Shown here: piece after piece, positions 13,730 through 27,402 of the stretch
How the letters are laid out: every line of letters starts with the position of its first letter
How positions within the stretch are numbered: position 1 is the stretch's first letter
DNA from: Ginglymostoma cirratum
Taxonomy: Eukaryota
NCBI GenBank assembly: GCA_024137785.1
Contig: JAHRHZ010000145.1
Location: 22,163,957 to 22,227,956 of the forward strand
DNA: 64,000 nt
Direction of reading: 5' to 3'
Notes under the pieces: model-generated
Told to the model about the DNA's origin: nothing
The model's input: the letters and a program-made list of their open reading frames with translations, nothing else
The model's database searches: none
Made by a program: the position numbers and the translations under genes

Positions 13730-15318
13730 GCAAAACTGTATTGAAGAAATTAATAAGGCTGAGAGTTGATAAGTCTCAGGGATTTGAGAGCCTACATTTC
13801 AGAGCATTGAAGGAGGTGGCTACAGAAACAGCCAATGCATTCATAATTCTCTTCAAAAATTCCAAACATCCTGGAATGATTTCTGAAGATTGGAAGCTTG
13901 CAAAGACACCCTGCTGAAGAAAGGAGCAAGAGGAAAATAGGGAACCACAGAGCCATCAGCCTTACATCAACATTAGGGGAAAAGCCAGAATTTTTTATAA
14001 AGAATATGATAGACGGACATGTATAAAAGTTATTTAATTGGGTATGATCAACATTATTTTGTGATTGGAAAACGATGTTTAACAAAATTGTTGGAGATTT
14101 TAGAGGATGTCATTAAAAATATTGACAAAGGGTAGCCAACAGATGTAGCATATTTGGATTTTCAGAAAGCCTCTGTTACAGTCCCCCATAGGAGGTGGGT
14201 TAGCAAGATTAAAATACATGGTATAGGAGGAACTGTACTGGCATGGGTTAAGAATCGGCTAACACATAGAAAACAGAGCGTAGAAATAAATGGGTCAATG
14301 GTTGGCAGACTGTGGCTGTTGGAGTTCTGCAACTATCAGCACTTTGGTCTTAAACGTTCACAATATAAATCAATAATTTGAAAGTGTGAATCAAATGTAA
14401 TATTTCTAAATTTGATGATGATACAAAGCTAAGCAGGAACAGGTGTTGTCAGGAAGATGTACACTCTTTTTGGAGGATTTGAACAGGCTTTTGCAACTAG
14501 GCAAGAACATGGCAGGTGGAACATATTGTGGAAAAGTATGTCATCTACTTTAGTAGGAAGAGCAGGTTTGCAGAGCATTTCTTAAATGGTGAGAAATTGG
14601 CAAGTGAAAATTTGCAAATGGACTTGGGTATCCCTTTCAATATGTCACTGAAGGCTAATGTGCAGGCGCAGAAGTTATTACAAGAGGCAATGGAATGTTA
14701 GCCATTTTCATAAGAGGATTTGATTACAGGAGGAGTGAAGTCTTGCTTCAGTTGTAAAGGAACTTGGTTAGACCACATATGGGATGCCGTGTGCAGTTTT
14801 CGTATCATCTCCTGAAATAAATTATTGCCACTGAGGCAATGCAATGAACGTTGGCCTGACTTGCTCCCGGGATGGCAGGAGTGTCCTGTGAAAAGAAATT
14901 GGGCAATCTGGGCCTGTATTCTCTAGAGTTCCAAATAACGAGGGGTCATCACATTAAAACCTACAAAACATTTAAAGGGATAGACAGGGTGGATGCAGAT
15001 TAGCTATTTCCCCTGGTTGGGGAGTCTAGAACAAGGGGGAATAATTGACAAATAAGGGGACAACACTCAGGTCCAAACTAAGGAGAATCTTTCTTACTCA
15101 CAGTGTGGTGAATCTTTGGAATTCTGTACACCAAAGGGCTACGGAAGCTTAATCTTTGAGCATAGCAAGAGATTGATAGGCTTTGGGTTACCAATGGTGT
15201 AAAAAGGGTTACGGCAATAGTGTGTGTGAAGGGCATTGACGTGTTCGATCAGCTAGATTGTATTAAATATTGGAGCAGGCTCGACCAGCTGAATGTCTAC
15301 TCCTGCTCCTATGTTACT
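13730..15318 (+). mobile_element. CR1 LINE, 5'-truncated, decayed RT and 3' UTR
   Basis: YLDFQKA..VPHRR..KIKIHGI.G..L.W..N.L..RKQ (ORF 14154..14381), SKFDDDTKL near 14405, and tail ctcctgctcctatgtt. Confidence 0.85.
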
Positions 15319-16499
15319 ATCAATTAATCCCAATCTCCTGTTGTATTAACAGTAGTTGTTACACACTGCTTAAAAGGGTAATGGAAACAGATTCAACAAT
15401 AACAGTCAAAACAGAATTGGCTAAATAGTTTAAGGAAAAAATTGTAAGGCTATATGGTAAAACACAGAAGTATTACTAACGAAATAACTCAATTAGGTCA
15501 AGAGGGCTCTTTCTGTCCTGTATTGTCGCTGAATATTATGAATCCTATTACACCAAGTCAGTACTCCTTGGGGAGAAGAGAGAATGGAGGTGAAACGTAT
15601 ATTACAAAATACAAACTGCAAAACTCTGTTACAGCCTAAAGAATACTCAACTAATGTACTGATGTACACTTTCTGTATGACCATATTCGACATTTTATTA
15701 TATTTCAATTAGTGTAATATTTCCAGTTTAGAAAGAACACCGTGTGAAGAGATTTGTACACAATTATTTGAAGCTTGCACTGAACAAGGAACTTGCACAC
15801 AAAAGAAAAGTTACTTTGAATAAACAAGCCGAAGCTACTGCTCTGCAATGTTAATCTATCAAGGCAATTTCCAGCACAGTGTTGCTGCATAAAGGTAATG
15901 ACAATAGCACAACTGCAATGGACATTCAATTAAGGCATAGTGATCTTATACCTGCATAGAGTAAAGAACAAACGTCATTGCTTTTGCTTCGTTAAATTAA
16001 ATACTGTTTGAACTTATTAACCTTTCAAGATACTAAATCTATATATTCTAAGATTAATTCCCAGATCATATTTCCATAGTTTGTTCATTTTAAGGATCAA
16101 TTATACTAAATGTACACTGATATTTACCTCTTTTTCTCTATTCACTAAATTTAGCAAACAACCCTCTAGGTTGGAATTTTACAGCTAGGTGAAAGCAGTT
16201 CTCGGTCCATGCAGGAAATCAGTCCCCTGAAATTGACATTGAGTTGGCATCCCAACAATAACTCACCTTCCAGTTTTCCAAAGGGTGGACTCAGAGTCCA
16301 GCAAGAAACCCCTTAGGTCTGTTTGGAAAGCAATTAAGCCAATTAAAAAGGTACATATAAGTCGTTTTTACAACTTATTTTCTCCTTTGGGCAATGAGAA
16401 GATTAATTAATTACCTCATAGTAATGGAGCCTTCAGGTAACAGTGATCATAACATGATTTATTAGTGTTCAGGTTGAAGGACAGAAGTAGATTCACAAC

Positions 16500-16790
16500 T
16501 CTGTAATTTCTTGCTGTCTTGGGCAAAGCAGTTGCCATACTGACCCACTACAGTGGTGTCATCAGCAAATTTGTAAATGGAGTTAGAGCTGAACTTGGCC
16601 ACACAGTCATGAGTGTATAAGGAGCATAGTAATTGTCTGAGTATGCAGCCTTATGAGGTACCAGTGTTGAAGTTTGTTTTGGAGAAGGTGTTGTCATCTA
16701 TTCTTACTGATTGCAGTCTGTAGGTTCAGGAAGTTGAGGATCAAGTTGCAGAGAGGGGAGTAGAGTCATAGATCTTGGAATTTGGACTTT
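16500..16790 (-). mobile_element. Rex1/Babar-like LINE RT fragment
   Basis: Reverse strand encodes [12 protein letters not shown]; homologous to 55200-55460. Confidence 0.65.
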
Positions 16791-18499
16791 GATATATCTC
16801 CACTATACCACACAATACCTCTACCATCTCTGTAGCTACTTCTTTTAGGATCCTATAATGGTAAAAGAAGATTTTTAAGGTGGAGTTAAATAGATTCTCG
16901 ACTGAGAATGGAGTCAAAGGGTATAGGTGTGCTAGCAGGAATACAGAGTTGAGGCCACAATCAGATCAGCCACGTCCTTGGCAAATAGTATTGCAGGCTC
17001 CTTAGACTGAAAGGCTTAATAATTCCTAGGTATGTATTTTCTCACCAGTGCACTCATTTTGTACTAAATTAAGGATGAGTTGGTAAAGGAATAAAAGTTA
17101 CCTGTACTGTGGTTTAACATTTGGAATTTGTTCTTTGATGCTTCAAGGAAGGAAGCATCAGCTTAAGACATTCCTTTCTGTAGAGTTATCATTAGTACAC
17201 TGCAACCAACAGAAGACAGTCTTGATGGGGGAAAGGCAACAACTTTGAATCATTTCCACTTGCCCCGCTACGAAAAGACTTCATCTGACAAGTGTTGCAG
17301 AGCGAGCAAAACTCATTGATGGTCATTCTGATTTGGTGACTCTGACAATGTTACATTTAAACTCAAATACACAACTTAACACGGCCATATTCCAACTAAT
17401 TTTACACTAACTAAATGAGTATTATTTCAAAAGCTGCATTGTCAGCTCAGTTTGCATGATCTTTGTATTCACCAGAGAAAGTAGATGGATGGTAAAGGTT
17501 TTAACTAATTTTAAGAAAAATGAAAAAACACAACCAATGTGACTTGATTTTTTTCCCCCTTTTAACTATTGTGGCTTCATTTTGCAAAGACCTATCCTTC
17601 ATTGTTATTGGGGCCAAATGCAGCTGGAAAGTTTTCCAACATGGTGGCAAGGGCTATTTCAAAGATCAGTAAGTGCAGAAATTGTCTGCATCACTCAGCA
17701 ACCTCCTAATTTCAATCATCGCATTGGCGAGGGCACAGCTACTACCCCTGCAAGAGGGGGTAATAGAAAAGTGAGCCAGCTGGGGAGTAGCTTGTTATAA
17801 CATGAGTTACAGTTGGCAGAATCCTAATAAAGACAAGTGTCAGACAAAGAAAAATTCAAAATAACTATACGTTTTCCTTCCAAATTAAACAATTATTTCT
17901 GAATCATGAATGGCAGGATCAATTAAATACCATGCTTTAAGAAATGAAAGAGAACTTAGGGATGAGCAATAAATACTGGCTGGCCAACACAAGCTCACAT
18001 CCCATGAACAAATGAAGAACACATGACTGTCAACATTTGCAAAGTATCAATCAATATTGAAGACCAAAATAATCTGTAGTGATTTTTAACCTAGCAACTG
18101 TCAGTTGAATACTTACCAGGTCAAAGTTTATGGAAGATACAGTCAGCTGTACAAATTGTGATGTAACAAATGTACATCTGCTGATAAGGAAGGTATCCAG
18201 GCCTGTCAATGAGGGATGGCAAAATACTCCTTACATTAAGAATTCCAGTAATCAATCCTTTTGGGTCATCTCCTCTTCACTATATCTTCAGTCACAAAGA
18301 AGGAAATGAGAATCTCAATACCAATGCTGCTATTTAATCGTAACTCCTTATTCTAGCATTAATAGCTTAAAGAAGCAAAAACAGCTACATTAGCATCATG
18401 AGCTTGAAAATACTATTTGCCATCTCAATACTGCCAGTCTTTTACAATCTCAGTTCCACATCTGTCCAACCTTTACTTAGATGTAACAATGAGCTATAA

Positions 18500-18908
18500 C
18501 GAGCGGTGGAGGCCGAGGGGAGACTTGATAGAAGTTTATAAAATGATTAGATGCACAGATAGAGTTAATTGTCAGAACCTTTATCCCATAGTTGAAATGT
18601 CTAATACTAGGGGCATGCATTTAAGGTGAAGGCAGCGGGGGGGGGGCGCGCCCCCCGCAGGGGCAGTGCGTTCAAAGGAGATGTGAGAGCAAGTATCTTT
18701 ACACAGAGAGCGGTGGGAGTCAGGAACACGGTACCAGGGTGGAGGCAGATACGATTGGGGCTTTTAGATAAGCACATGAATGTGCAAGGAATGGAGGGAT
18801 ATGAACCAAGAGCAGGCAGAAGGGATTAGTTTAATTTGGCATCATGTTCGGCACAACATTGTCAGCCAAAAGGCCCCTTCCTGTGCTGTACTGTTCTATG
18901 TTCTATGA
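18500..18908 (+). mobile_element. CR1 LINE 3' end
   Basis: RGDLIEVYKMIR..DRV...TRG C-terminal motif and a (ttctatg) repeat tail. Confidence 0.8.
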
Positions 18909-18911
18909 TAC

Positions 18912-19270
18912 TGTCTCTGCATCAGGAGGTTCTGGACTCAATGCTAGCTCAAGAGATTTGAACAAGTAATCTGGATTGGTATTCAGCAGTGTTGAGGAAG
19001 TCCCGCACTTCTGAGTAGCCGTCTTTTGGATGAAATGTTTAATCAAAGCGCCATTGTCAGATGGGCAAAGAAGATCACTGATCACAATTTGAAGGGGAGC
19101 AAGTGATTTTTCATGACAACATCATCATTCGTCATTTGTTGCTTGAGATTTGTGTAAGCAGATTGACTGTTGTGCTTCCTTAAGTGGCTGTACATCAAAG
19201 ATACATATACTTCAACGGGCTGTAAAGTTCTTCGGTATGTCCTGAGGTGTTATATAAATCGAAGATATTT
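18912..19270 (+). mobile_element. SINE with L2-type tail (Deu-SINE-like)
   Basis: Degenerate head, gccgtcttttggatgaaatgtttaa core and gtaaag...gtcctgagg...tatataaat tail; an inverted homolog lies at 45155-45540. Confidence 0.5.
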
Positions 19271-21291
19271 GTTGCATATAATTGTGTCTAATAATAACTT
19301 TCTAAAATGTAGATATTTTTAACTAGACAAATATGAATATAATTCTAAAATAAATACTGTCCCAAGTCTTGGAGACAAGGTATACCCTTCTGGTACCTTT
19401 CCAAATAGCTGTTCAGCACAAGTAAACCTCAACAGTGAGTTTCAGCAGACTTTGCAGACTGATTTGCATCAATCTCAAATGGACTTTACCATGTCCTCAC
19501 TTAATTTTCAAGCACACATTAGTACCAGTAAAGGTCAGCAGATAAATAGAGAAAGGAGCAAATTGGTAGTGTTACTGAACTAGTAATCTAGAGTCCCATA
19601 CGAATGTTCTGGGGAGCATGGAATTTAAATTCAAAAACGTTGTAAAACCAAAACTAATTTGTTTACCGCATCAAACACAGATAATTCTTTACTAAACTCT
19701 TAGGATTAAGATAAGTAGTTCTATAGCTTTTGAAACTCAGCCAAGCCTGCATTATGGAATCAGCTATAATAAAACGAAACTGAAATATAAACAACATAGT
19801 TGACTGAAACTGAGAAAAGGATTTATTTTACCCAAAGCTGCACAAGATGTCCAGGCAATCAAAGTAATACATTAGCAGGAGGTTGCTTTTGAATTGATTG
19901 TGTTTTGGGACATTCATTATCATTTAAAACCTCACAGTCATAACAAGTCAATCACTGAAGTAACATTGGTGAAACATGTATTTATATGTGGACAAAGTCA
20001 CGGTTTCTGCTGTTGATTTAATTAAAGTGCAATGTTTTCTCACTTTTTTTCTCCACAATACTTTTAGAATTTTTTTTTTGTGATTCTATTCAGTTATAAT
20101 TAAAGATTTCAGACTGAAATCTGATATGAAAGATCATATTTTGTTTATTCTTTTGGTTTTAACTGCCACTGAAACATAAAAATGCAATGCTGCAGATTTT
20201 GTTTTGACAATAAAACAGAAGCTTATTACATGAAAGAAATCAAGATAAAAAGAATTAATCAAACAATTTATGTGTAACACAAGTTTATGGTTTTGAAACA
20301 TGGTTAAGTACAGTCTCATTAATACCAACAGCACTCCTTTACTGTACTCTCAATAGACAGAATTCTCTTCTCTATCATGTCAATAGGCTTAATTTAACTG
20401 TGGCTTCAATTCCCAGTCTTGAAGACCTGATAGCTTCTCCCTTGAGTCTCTATACACCTTATTTTAGACATTATCAGCTTCAAATAACTCCTTAAGGCTT
20501 TTACCCAATTTGTTCTTGTCTGGAGCTTTGAAACAAAATTGCTAACACTGAGGAAATCTATTTCTTAACTGTCCTAAAGTACCTCCATTCTTTAGGAACA
20601 AATGTTTTAAGCATCCAGCTTCAGCCAAGATTTCTGCAAAATCAAAGTGAAACCTATAAGTTTTATTCAAGCTACAGGTGTTTCTCTTAATCATGAGAAA
20701 ACAAATCAATCTCTGACCTCCTAACCTGAAAGCCTAATGCATAAGTGTTTACTTCGCACGCTCGGAGAGCTCTCCTATCTAAATAAAGCCTCATACTCTA
20801 CAGGAAGTAACTCTCTCTTACCATTTTTTAAAAAATCACAATGGCTACAGAAAACAACAATTAAACCTTTTTACAGAAACAGACCAAACTCTCAAACTAC
20901 CACTTCAAAACCCAAACTCTAAAATCCATGATATTAATACACATATAACTCACACAGCTTACACCACAGTAATAGAGAAGTTTGGTGTACATACGAACCT
21001 TTGAAGGGCATTCAACAAAGTGTCTTACAGCAGTTTTATTAAGGTAAAACTCATGGAATTATACGGACATTGGTGATCTGGATACAAAAGCATTTCAGAA
21101 ACTGCTCTGGTGCATAAATGTTTTTCAGACTGGGAACTGTTTTGCAGCAATATTCCCCAAGTATCAACTTGAGGTCCGATAATTTGTTCCATTTATTTTA
21201 AATCAGTTAACTTACAATCAGATCTAAGAACAGAGATATGTCATTTAGCCCTTGAACTACTTTATAATCCCTCACCTTGTTGGATGGCAAT

Positions 21292-21478
21292 CAGGAGGCT
21301 GGAAGAACACAGCAGGCCAGACAGTATCTGGAGGGAAAGAGCAGTCAATGTTTTGGGTATTACCCTTCTTCAAAACGTTGACTGCACATCTCCTCCAGAT
21401 GCTGCCTGGCCAGCTGTGTTCTTCCAGCCTTCTGTTTGTCTACCTTGGATTCCAGCATCTGCAGGTTATTTTTGTCTC
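21292..21478. mobile_element. Palindromic non-autonomous PLE-derived element
   Basis: Arms about 21292-21355 and 21371-21434 are inverted copies; tail ttccagcatctgcag resembles the other PLE ends. Confidence 0.7.
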
Positions 21479-21687
21479 TAAGATCAGGGATGATCTGATT
21501 GTACCTTAACTCCGTTTTCCTGCTGCATCTTATCTCCTTTGTAGGTGCAGGGAGCCACATAATGAAACTTACAAATATAACACTTGGATGTGATCATGAT
21601 GAGGAAAGACATAGGCTTCAAAATGACACAAACATAATGAAGAAATCAGCAGAAGCATGGACACGAAGTGCCATGTAGGGAGGTCAT

Positions 21688-21903
21688 GATGTGGAAGTGC
21701 CAGCGTTGGACTAGGGTGGACAAAGTCAGAAGTCACACGACACCAGATTATAGACCAACAAGTTTATTTGAATTCACAAGCTTTTGGACTGTTGCTCCTT
21801 CATCAAGTGACTTCACTGCACCTAACGAAGGAGCAGCACTCTAAAAGTTTGTGATTTCAAACAAACCTGTTAGACTATAACCTGGCACCTTGTGACTTCT
21901 GAC
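21688..21903. mobile_element. Palindromic non-autonomous PLE-derived element, second family
   Basis: Arms about 21725-21809 and 21819-21903 are inverted; each has a degenerate hammerhead core. Confidence 0.7.
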
Positions 21904-24392
21904 AATATAGGGAAGCATTAAATGATGCACTTTTGGAGCAGTGAAATGAAAAATCAGTTTACCATAAATGGCATAATTTTGAGCAGAATAAGCTTAGTAC
22001 TCATATACACAAGTACTTAAATACGGTAAGACAAGCTGATATGATGATTAAATAAAAATATTTTGAGTAGTTGGATTTATAAATAATTTTTAAAAACTGC
22101 AAAAGCGGAATCATGCTAAAACTGTATAAGTCAGTGGTTAAGTTTCAGCTGGACTGTTAGGCACAGGTCTGGCCACTTCACTTCAGAAAAGATATAATAG
22201 CTTTAGAAAGGGTACAGACAAAATGTACCGGGACGTTACTGCAGATCAGGGACTTCAGTGACAAAGCCAAATTGGAACAGAGGAGGTTAAGAGGTGTCAC
22301 TTTAGAGATATCAGTGGTGATAACAGGTTTTAACATAATAAACAGGGGAAAAAAAAACAATTTCCATCTGTAAAGTGGATCAGTAACTACAAGAAATAGA
22401 TTCAAAATCATTGGTAAAATATGCAGAGGAAAGATAAAAAAAAATTTGCATTCAGAGAGAGTAGAGAAACAAATGGGCCCAGAGGTGCAATATTTTCACA
22501 CAGAAGGTGGTGAGTGTCTGGAAGAGCTACCAGAGGTAGTGGTGGAAGCAAGTACAATTTCATCATTTAAGAAACATCTGGACAGGTACACGGATGGGAT
22601 AGGTATGGACGGATATGGATCAGATGCAAGCAAATAGGACTGGTTTAATTGTGAAAACTGGGTGGCATGAACAAGTTGGGCCGAAGGGTCTGCTTCCGTG
22701 TTGTAATCCTCTATGACACTAATTGCCAAGAATTGGAACATTCTAACTGAAAAGGTGGAAAAAGCCAATTCCATAAACAAAAGTAAAAGGAATAAAGGCA
22801 GGTAATAGAGAATGGGGAATGTACAGATTTAGGTGTAAAAAGAGTGGAAAAGAGGCTTCCTTCTGCAATGTAAGCTTCAATATTTCTATGATTCCATCCT
22901 CATAATCTGGACTTCTCTTTCTAAAACATTAATCCTAATTTACCACCTTCAGAAACCTCAAACCTATCTTTTCCTATGTTGATCGAGTGTCTTGGTACAA
23001 TTACTGCACTAAGTACATTGTTGTTGCAACAGCAATATTACCATAGACTAAGCTAAACATTGACATCAAAATAATAATTTTCAAAAGGCATTTTCAAAGA
23101 AAATTCACAAGGACTTACTTGAGCTTCTTAATATTGTATTAGTCAAAGGAAGCAAATTTGAAGACAACTTCACTGTGCAAAATATGAGGGTTATCAAACA
23201 AATAAAACATGTTTATGCTTTCTTAATCAAACTTCACCAAAATAAATATTTTCAAAACCATCGTCCAATGAAGGTAGTAAAATAAATCTGGAATGCAGAA
23301 TTTGCATACATTGGACTGAAGCAGGAAGCACAGCAGATCATCAATCCTGTATCCGTGACATGAACATTATGAGTATGAATATGAAAATATAATGCTGTTT
23401 TAACCCGTTTCACCTCATTAAAGGATCTCCGCTATGACTAATATCGAGTTGATAAATATTGCTTTGAGAATCGTTGTAGCAATTGCATTTTATTCTACAA
23501 AGAAATTCTACATGCTTTGTTTAAATACGTAACTAGGGAACATTGGTTAAAAATAATGATATAGAGCATAAAAATCCAATCCCAATGTACCTTGTCAATT
23601 GTTTCACTTCATTATGCTTTTATAAACAATCCACATAGACACAGACAGTACAGTTTGTGCACAGTCATCCAGTAAACAAAAATCAAAACAAGATTATAAA
23701 CTCAGTGTTAAACCTTTTCAGATATATTCAGTAAAGCTTTGCTGCTGTGATGTTAACTCCATATCACACAAAGCAGAATTGACAAAGATGATCAGATTAA
23801 AAAAAAGTAAAACTGCTTTTAAAGATCCAAAGTAATCTGGATTGTTTGCAATAATTAAAAATGATGCTCCATTTGTTTTCTTTCTGCTGTGCTTGCTTCC
23901 TGTAAGAGAATAATTAGCCTGTCATATTCTACAGAGCACTTTTCTACGGAATGATGGATTTATTGCAGTGTTTTAAAGAGATTTATAAAAAGCATTAATG
24001 GCATCTCAACTTAAAGCCTGTACTGATTTCAGAATATTTCCTGTAAGCCTGACATTATTTTATCATTGCTGTAAAAAGGACACAAAAAAAAATCACTTTT
24101 CTCCCTCCTACTTAGTGCCAAGAGTCTGTAATTCACAATAATTACTACTCAATATCATTAAGATAGTTTGTCTAAGAAAGGTTCACTGGAGGTAATACTG
24201 TGAGCTCGTTGAGTCCATTCAAAAAGATAGTTTCTAATTTGCTGAAATTGAGAGACAGTACAATTTTAACCAAACGACAGAAATCAGGGTAAAATAGGTA
24301 AAAATGTGAAACACAACTCAAACCTGTGATAATCACGCTAACCTGCAGTTGAACTCTGTCAGATGTGGCTGATCAAATAAGCCATGCTGGAG

Positions 24393-24690
24393 AGGGCAGC
24401 ATGGTGGCTCAGTGGTTAGCACGGCTGCCTTACAGCGCCAGGGACCTAGGTTCGATTCCAACCTTTTGCACCATTCTCCCCATGTCCAGTCTCCTCACAC
24501 AGATCAAAGGTGTGCAGGTTAGGTGGGTTGGCCACGCTAAATTGCCCATAGTGTCCAGAAATGTGCAGGCTAGGCATGTCAGCCATGGGGAATGCAGGGT
24601 TACAGGGATGGGAGTGGGATTCTCTTTGGAGGGTCAGTGTGACTTAATGGGCCAAATGGCCTGCTCCCACACCGTTGGGATTCTATGAGA
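24393..24690 (+). mobile_element. HE1-type V-SINE with intact tRNA-derived head and an internal deletion
   Basis: A box TGGCTCAGTGG, B box GGTTCGATTCC, then gtgcaggttaggtgggttggcca repeats and a CR1-like tail. Confidence 0.85.
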
Positions 24691-26540
24691 AGTGTGTCCA
24701 TGATTTCAATACGCCTCAGATCCTGGCAGCCGCCTTAGTGTAAAGGCATAGGAATATATTTCTCGATACACAAGTCAGCAGCTGAACAAAGAAAGCTGCT
24801 GCTAGTGGGAAAGTGGTTTTCTAGTGCTGCAGACGTGCTTGCTTGTGCAGCTCATAAAGCAAGTTACCAAATCTCTGCCCACAGGATCTCCCCCCTTCAC
24901 ACTCCCCTCCAGGTAATTTCTCCATATGTGGACTCTCTCCCCTTTCATCCCTTCGCACCCTTTTGCTGTGAGCACCTCAGACAATCATCAGTCTTCTTGT
25001 CTGCCGGAGAACAATGATACGCTGGTGCCTCTCACTGCAGGTTTTCAACCACCATAACAGCAAAGTTAACCAATGGCCTATAACTATTTACTCCTCCCCA
25101 GTAGTTTCACTTAAGTTCTAGTCACTTAGCTGACACTGCAATGATAATACAAATTGTTCAATATTAATGCACAGGGCAACCCTTGCAATCGAGTTTACTG
25201 TGAAAAAAAATCCTAGTTTCACCTTGATCCTTTCAGGAGGGAAATTTTCTGCCCTTACACAGTCTGAACTGTACGACTCCAATACCGCACCAATGTGGTT
25301 GACTCTCAAATATCTCAAGGCATACGATGTATTAAAATACCAGAGCATTTGCAGTGGCTAATATAATCCTCAGGTGGGTAACAGATGTCAGCCTCACCAG
25401 GAATACCACACTAAGAGAAAAGTAAAGTATCAGCCGGGCATGTAAAACAGGCAATGCTGATATCACAGAAATGGCGTGCTTACAACATATGAACTGCCCT
25501 GAATTTTGTTAAGAGAAAAAATGGAAAATTTAAGTCTCTTTTCACTTCATTGGGAAATCCAAATTTTACCAATACACCACACAAATGAAAAGCACAGGAG
25601 TAACACCAGGCATACCTAAAAATGAGATGTCAACCTGTCAAAGTTACAAAACAGGAATATAAACGCATGCCAAACAGCAAAACTGTTTGTGAGTGATTGA
25701 CAGACCTAAGCAATTCACACCCAATGATCAGGCTTAAGCTCTACAGTCCTGCCACATCCAGTCATGATTGATGGTGAGCAATCAATCAATCAACTCACTC
25801 AAGGAACAGACTCTACAAATATCACCATCCTCAATAATAGGGGAGCAGAGCACATCCGTGGAAAAGAAAAGGCTGAAACATTTGCAACAATCTTCAGCCA
25901 GAAGTGTCGAGTGGATGATCCATCTCAGCCTCCTTCAGTGATCCCCAGCATTTGAGATGCCGGTCTTCAGTCAACTCAATTCACTCTACATGATATCAAG
26001 GAATAGCTAGAGGCACTGGATACCGCACAAGTATGGGCTTTGACAACATCACTGAAGATTTGTGCTCCACAATCAGTTGCACTCATCATCAAGCTGTTTT
26101 GGTACAGCTGTAACACTGGAATCTACCCAGCATTGTGGAAAATTGCCAAGGTACATCCTGGACATAAACAGCAAGACAAATCCAACCAAGCCAATTAGCA
26201 TTCAGTTTACTCTTGATCATCAGCAAAGTAATGGAAGGTATCATCGACAGCGCTATCAAACAACACTTGCTCAGCAAAAACCTGCTTAGTGATGCCCAGT
26301 TTGGGTTTCATCAGGGTCACTCTGCTTCTGACATTTTACAACTTCAGTTCAAACACAAACAAAAGGAGATAAATTCCAGAGGTCAGATGAGAGCAATTGA
26401 TTGCCCTTGACATCAAGTCTGAATTCAACTCAGCGTGGCATTGGCAGCCCTTATAAAAATAGAGTCAATGGGAATAGGGGGACAACTCTCCACTGGTTAG
26501 AGTCATGCTATGGTTGGTTTGCTCGCCGAGCTGGTTCATT

Positions 26541-26590
26541 AGTTTGCAGATGTTTCGTTACCCTGCTGGGTAACATCATCAGTACAACCT
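26541..26590 (-). ncRNA. Minimal type I hammerhead ribozyme motif (PLE-associated)
   Basis: AGGUUGUA-CUGAUGA-U-GUUACCC-AGCA-GGGUAAC-GAAA-C-AUC-UGCAAACU: perfect 7-bp stem II, stem I with 7 of 8 pairs, rudimentary stem III. Confidence 0.7.
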
Positions 26591-27352
26591 CCAATGAAGC
26601 ATTGTTGTGTTTTCCCGCTTGTTATTTAAATTCTGGGGTCCACTGGAGTTGATTACTTCATTTCGGTTTTTCTTTGCAGTGGTGTGTATATACAGCCACA
26701 ACGCACTGCAGCAACCCAGAACTACACCAACATGAAGAAGAATATCTCCACCAAGCATTTAGAGACAAAGGATACTGGAACAGCTGGGTCCGGCAATGGC
26801 TGTCACACAAACAACAACAGGAAGATATAGTATGCCCCGACACATTTGTCACGTTACCGTACATTAAGAACACATTTGAACTGACCACATGACTCTTATG
26901 GCCACTGGGCATCACAGTAGCACACAATCTACATCAACCCTGCGCCAACTGCTAACAAAAACCAAAGACCCCTTACCAATTATGGAGAGAACCAATGCAA
27001 CATACAAGATTCCATGCAAGGACTGCGACAAATATTACATTGGACAGGCAGGAAGGAAACTAGCTACAAGAATACATGAACACCAACTAGCAACAAAAAG
27101 GTATGACCAATACACACAGATAAGAACCACCAGTTCGATTGGGACAACATCAGAATCCTGGGACAAGCCAAACAAAGACAAGCACGGGAATTTTTAGAGG
27201 CTTGGTTCTCCACCAAGAAGGCCATCAACAAACATGTAGAATTAGATCCTATATACACACTACTACAAAGAAAAACCAGAAATGAGGTAATCAACTCCAA
27301 CGGACCTCAGAGTTTAAATACCTGGTGGGAAAATACAACAGCGCTTTATCAG

Positions 27353-27402
27353 AGGCTGTACTGATGATATCACCCAGCAGGGTAATGAAACTTCTTCAAA
27401 CT
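27353..27402 (+). ncRNA. Minimal hammerhead motif, second and more decayed copy
   Basis: AGGCUGUA-CUGAUGA-U-AUCACCC-AGCA-GGGUAAU-GAAA-C-UUC. Confidence 0.55.

Larger units (their letters stand above)
20970..22895 (+). mobile_element. Nested decayed CR1 fragments containing two palindromic PLE-derived inserts
   Basis: CR1 RT and C-terminal remnants; a younger CR1 3' end at about 22480-22720 (LPEVVVEASTISSFKKHLD). Confidence 0.65.

Noticed and set aside
24393-24465. tRNA-like sequence with A and B boxes
   Set aside because: It is the head of a V-SINE that continues into the SINE body, not a tRNA gene.
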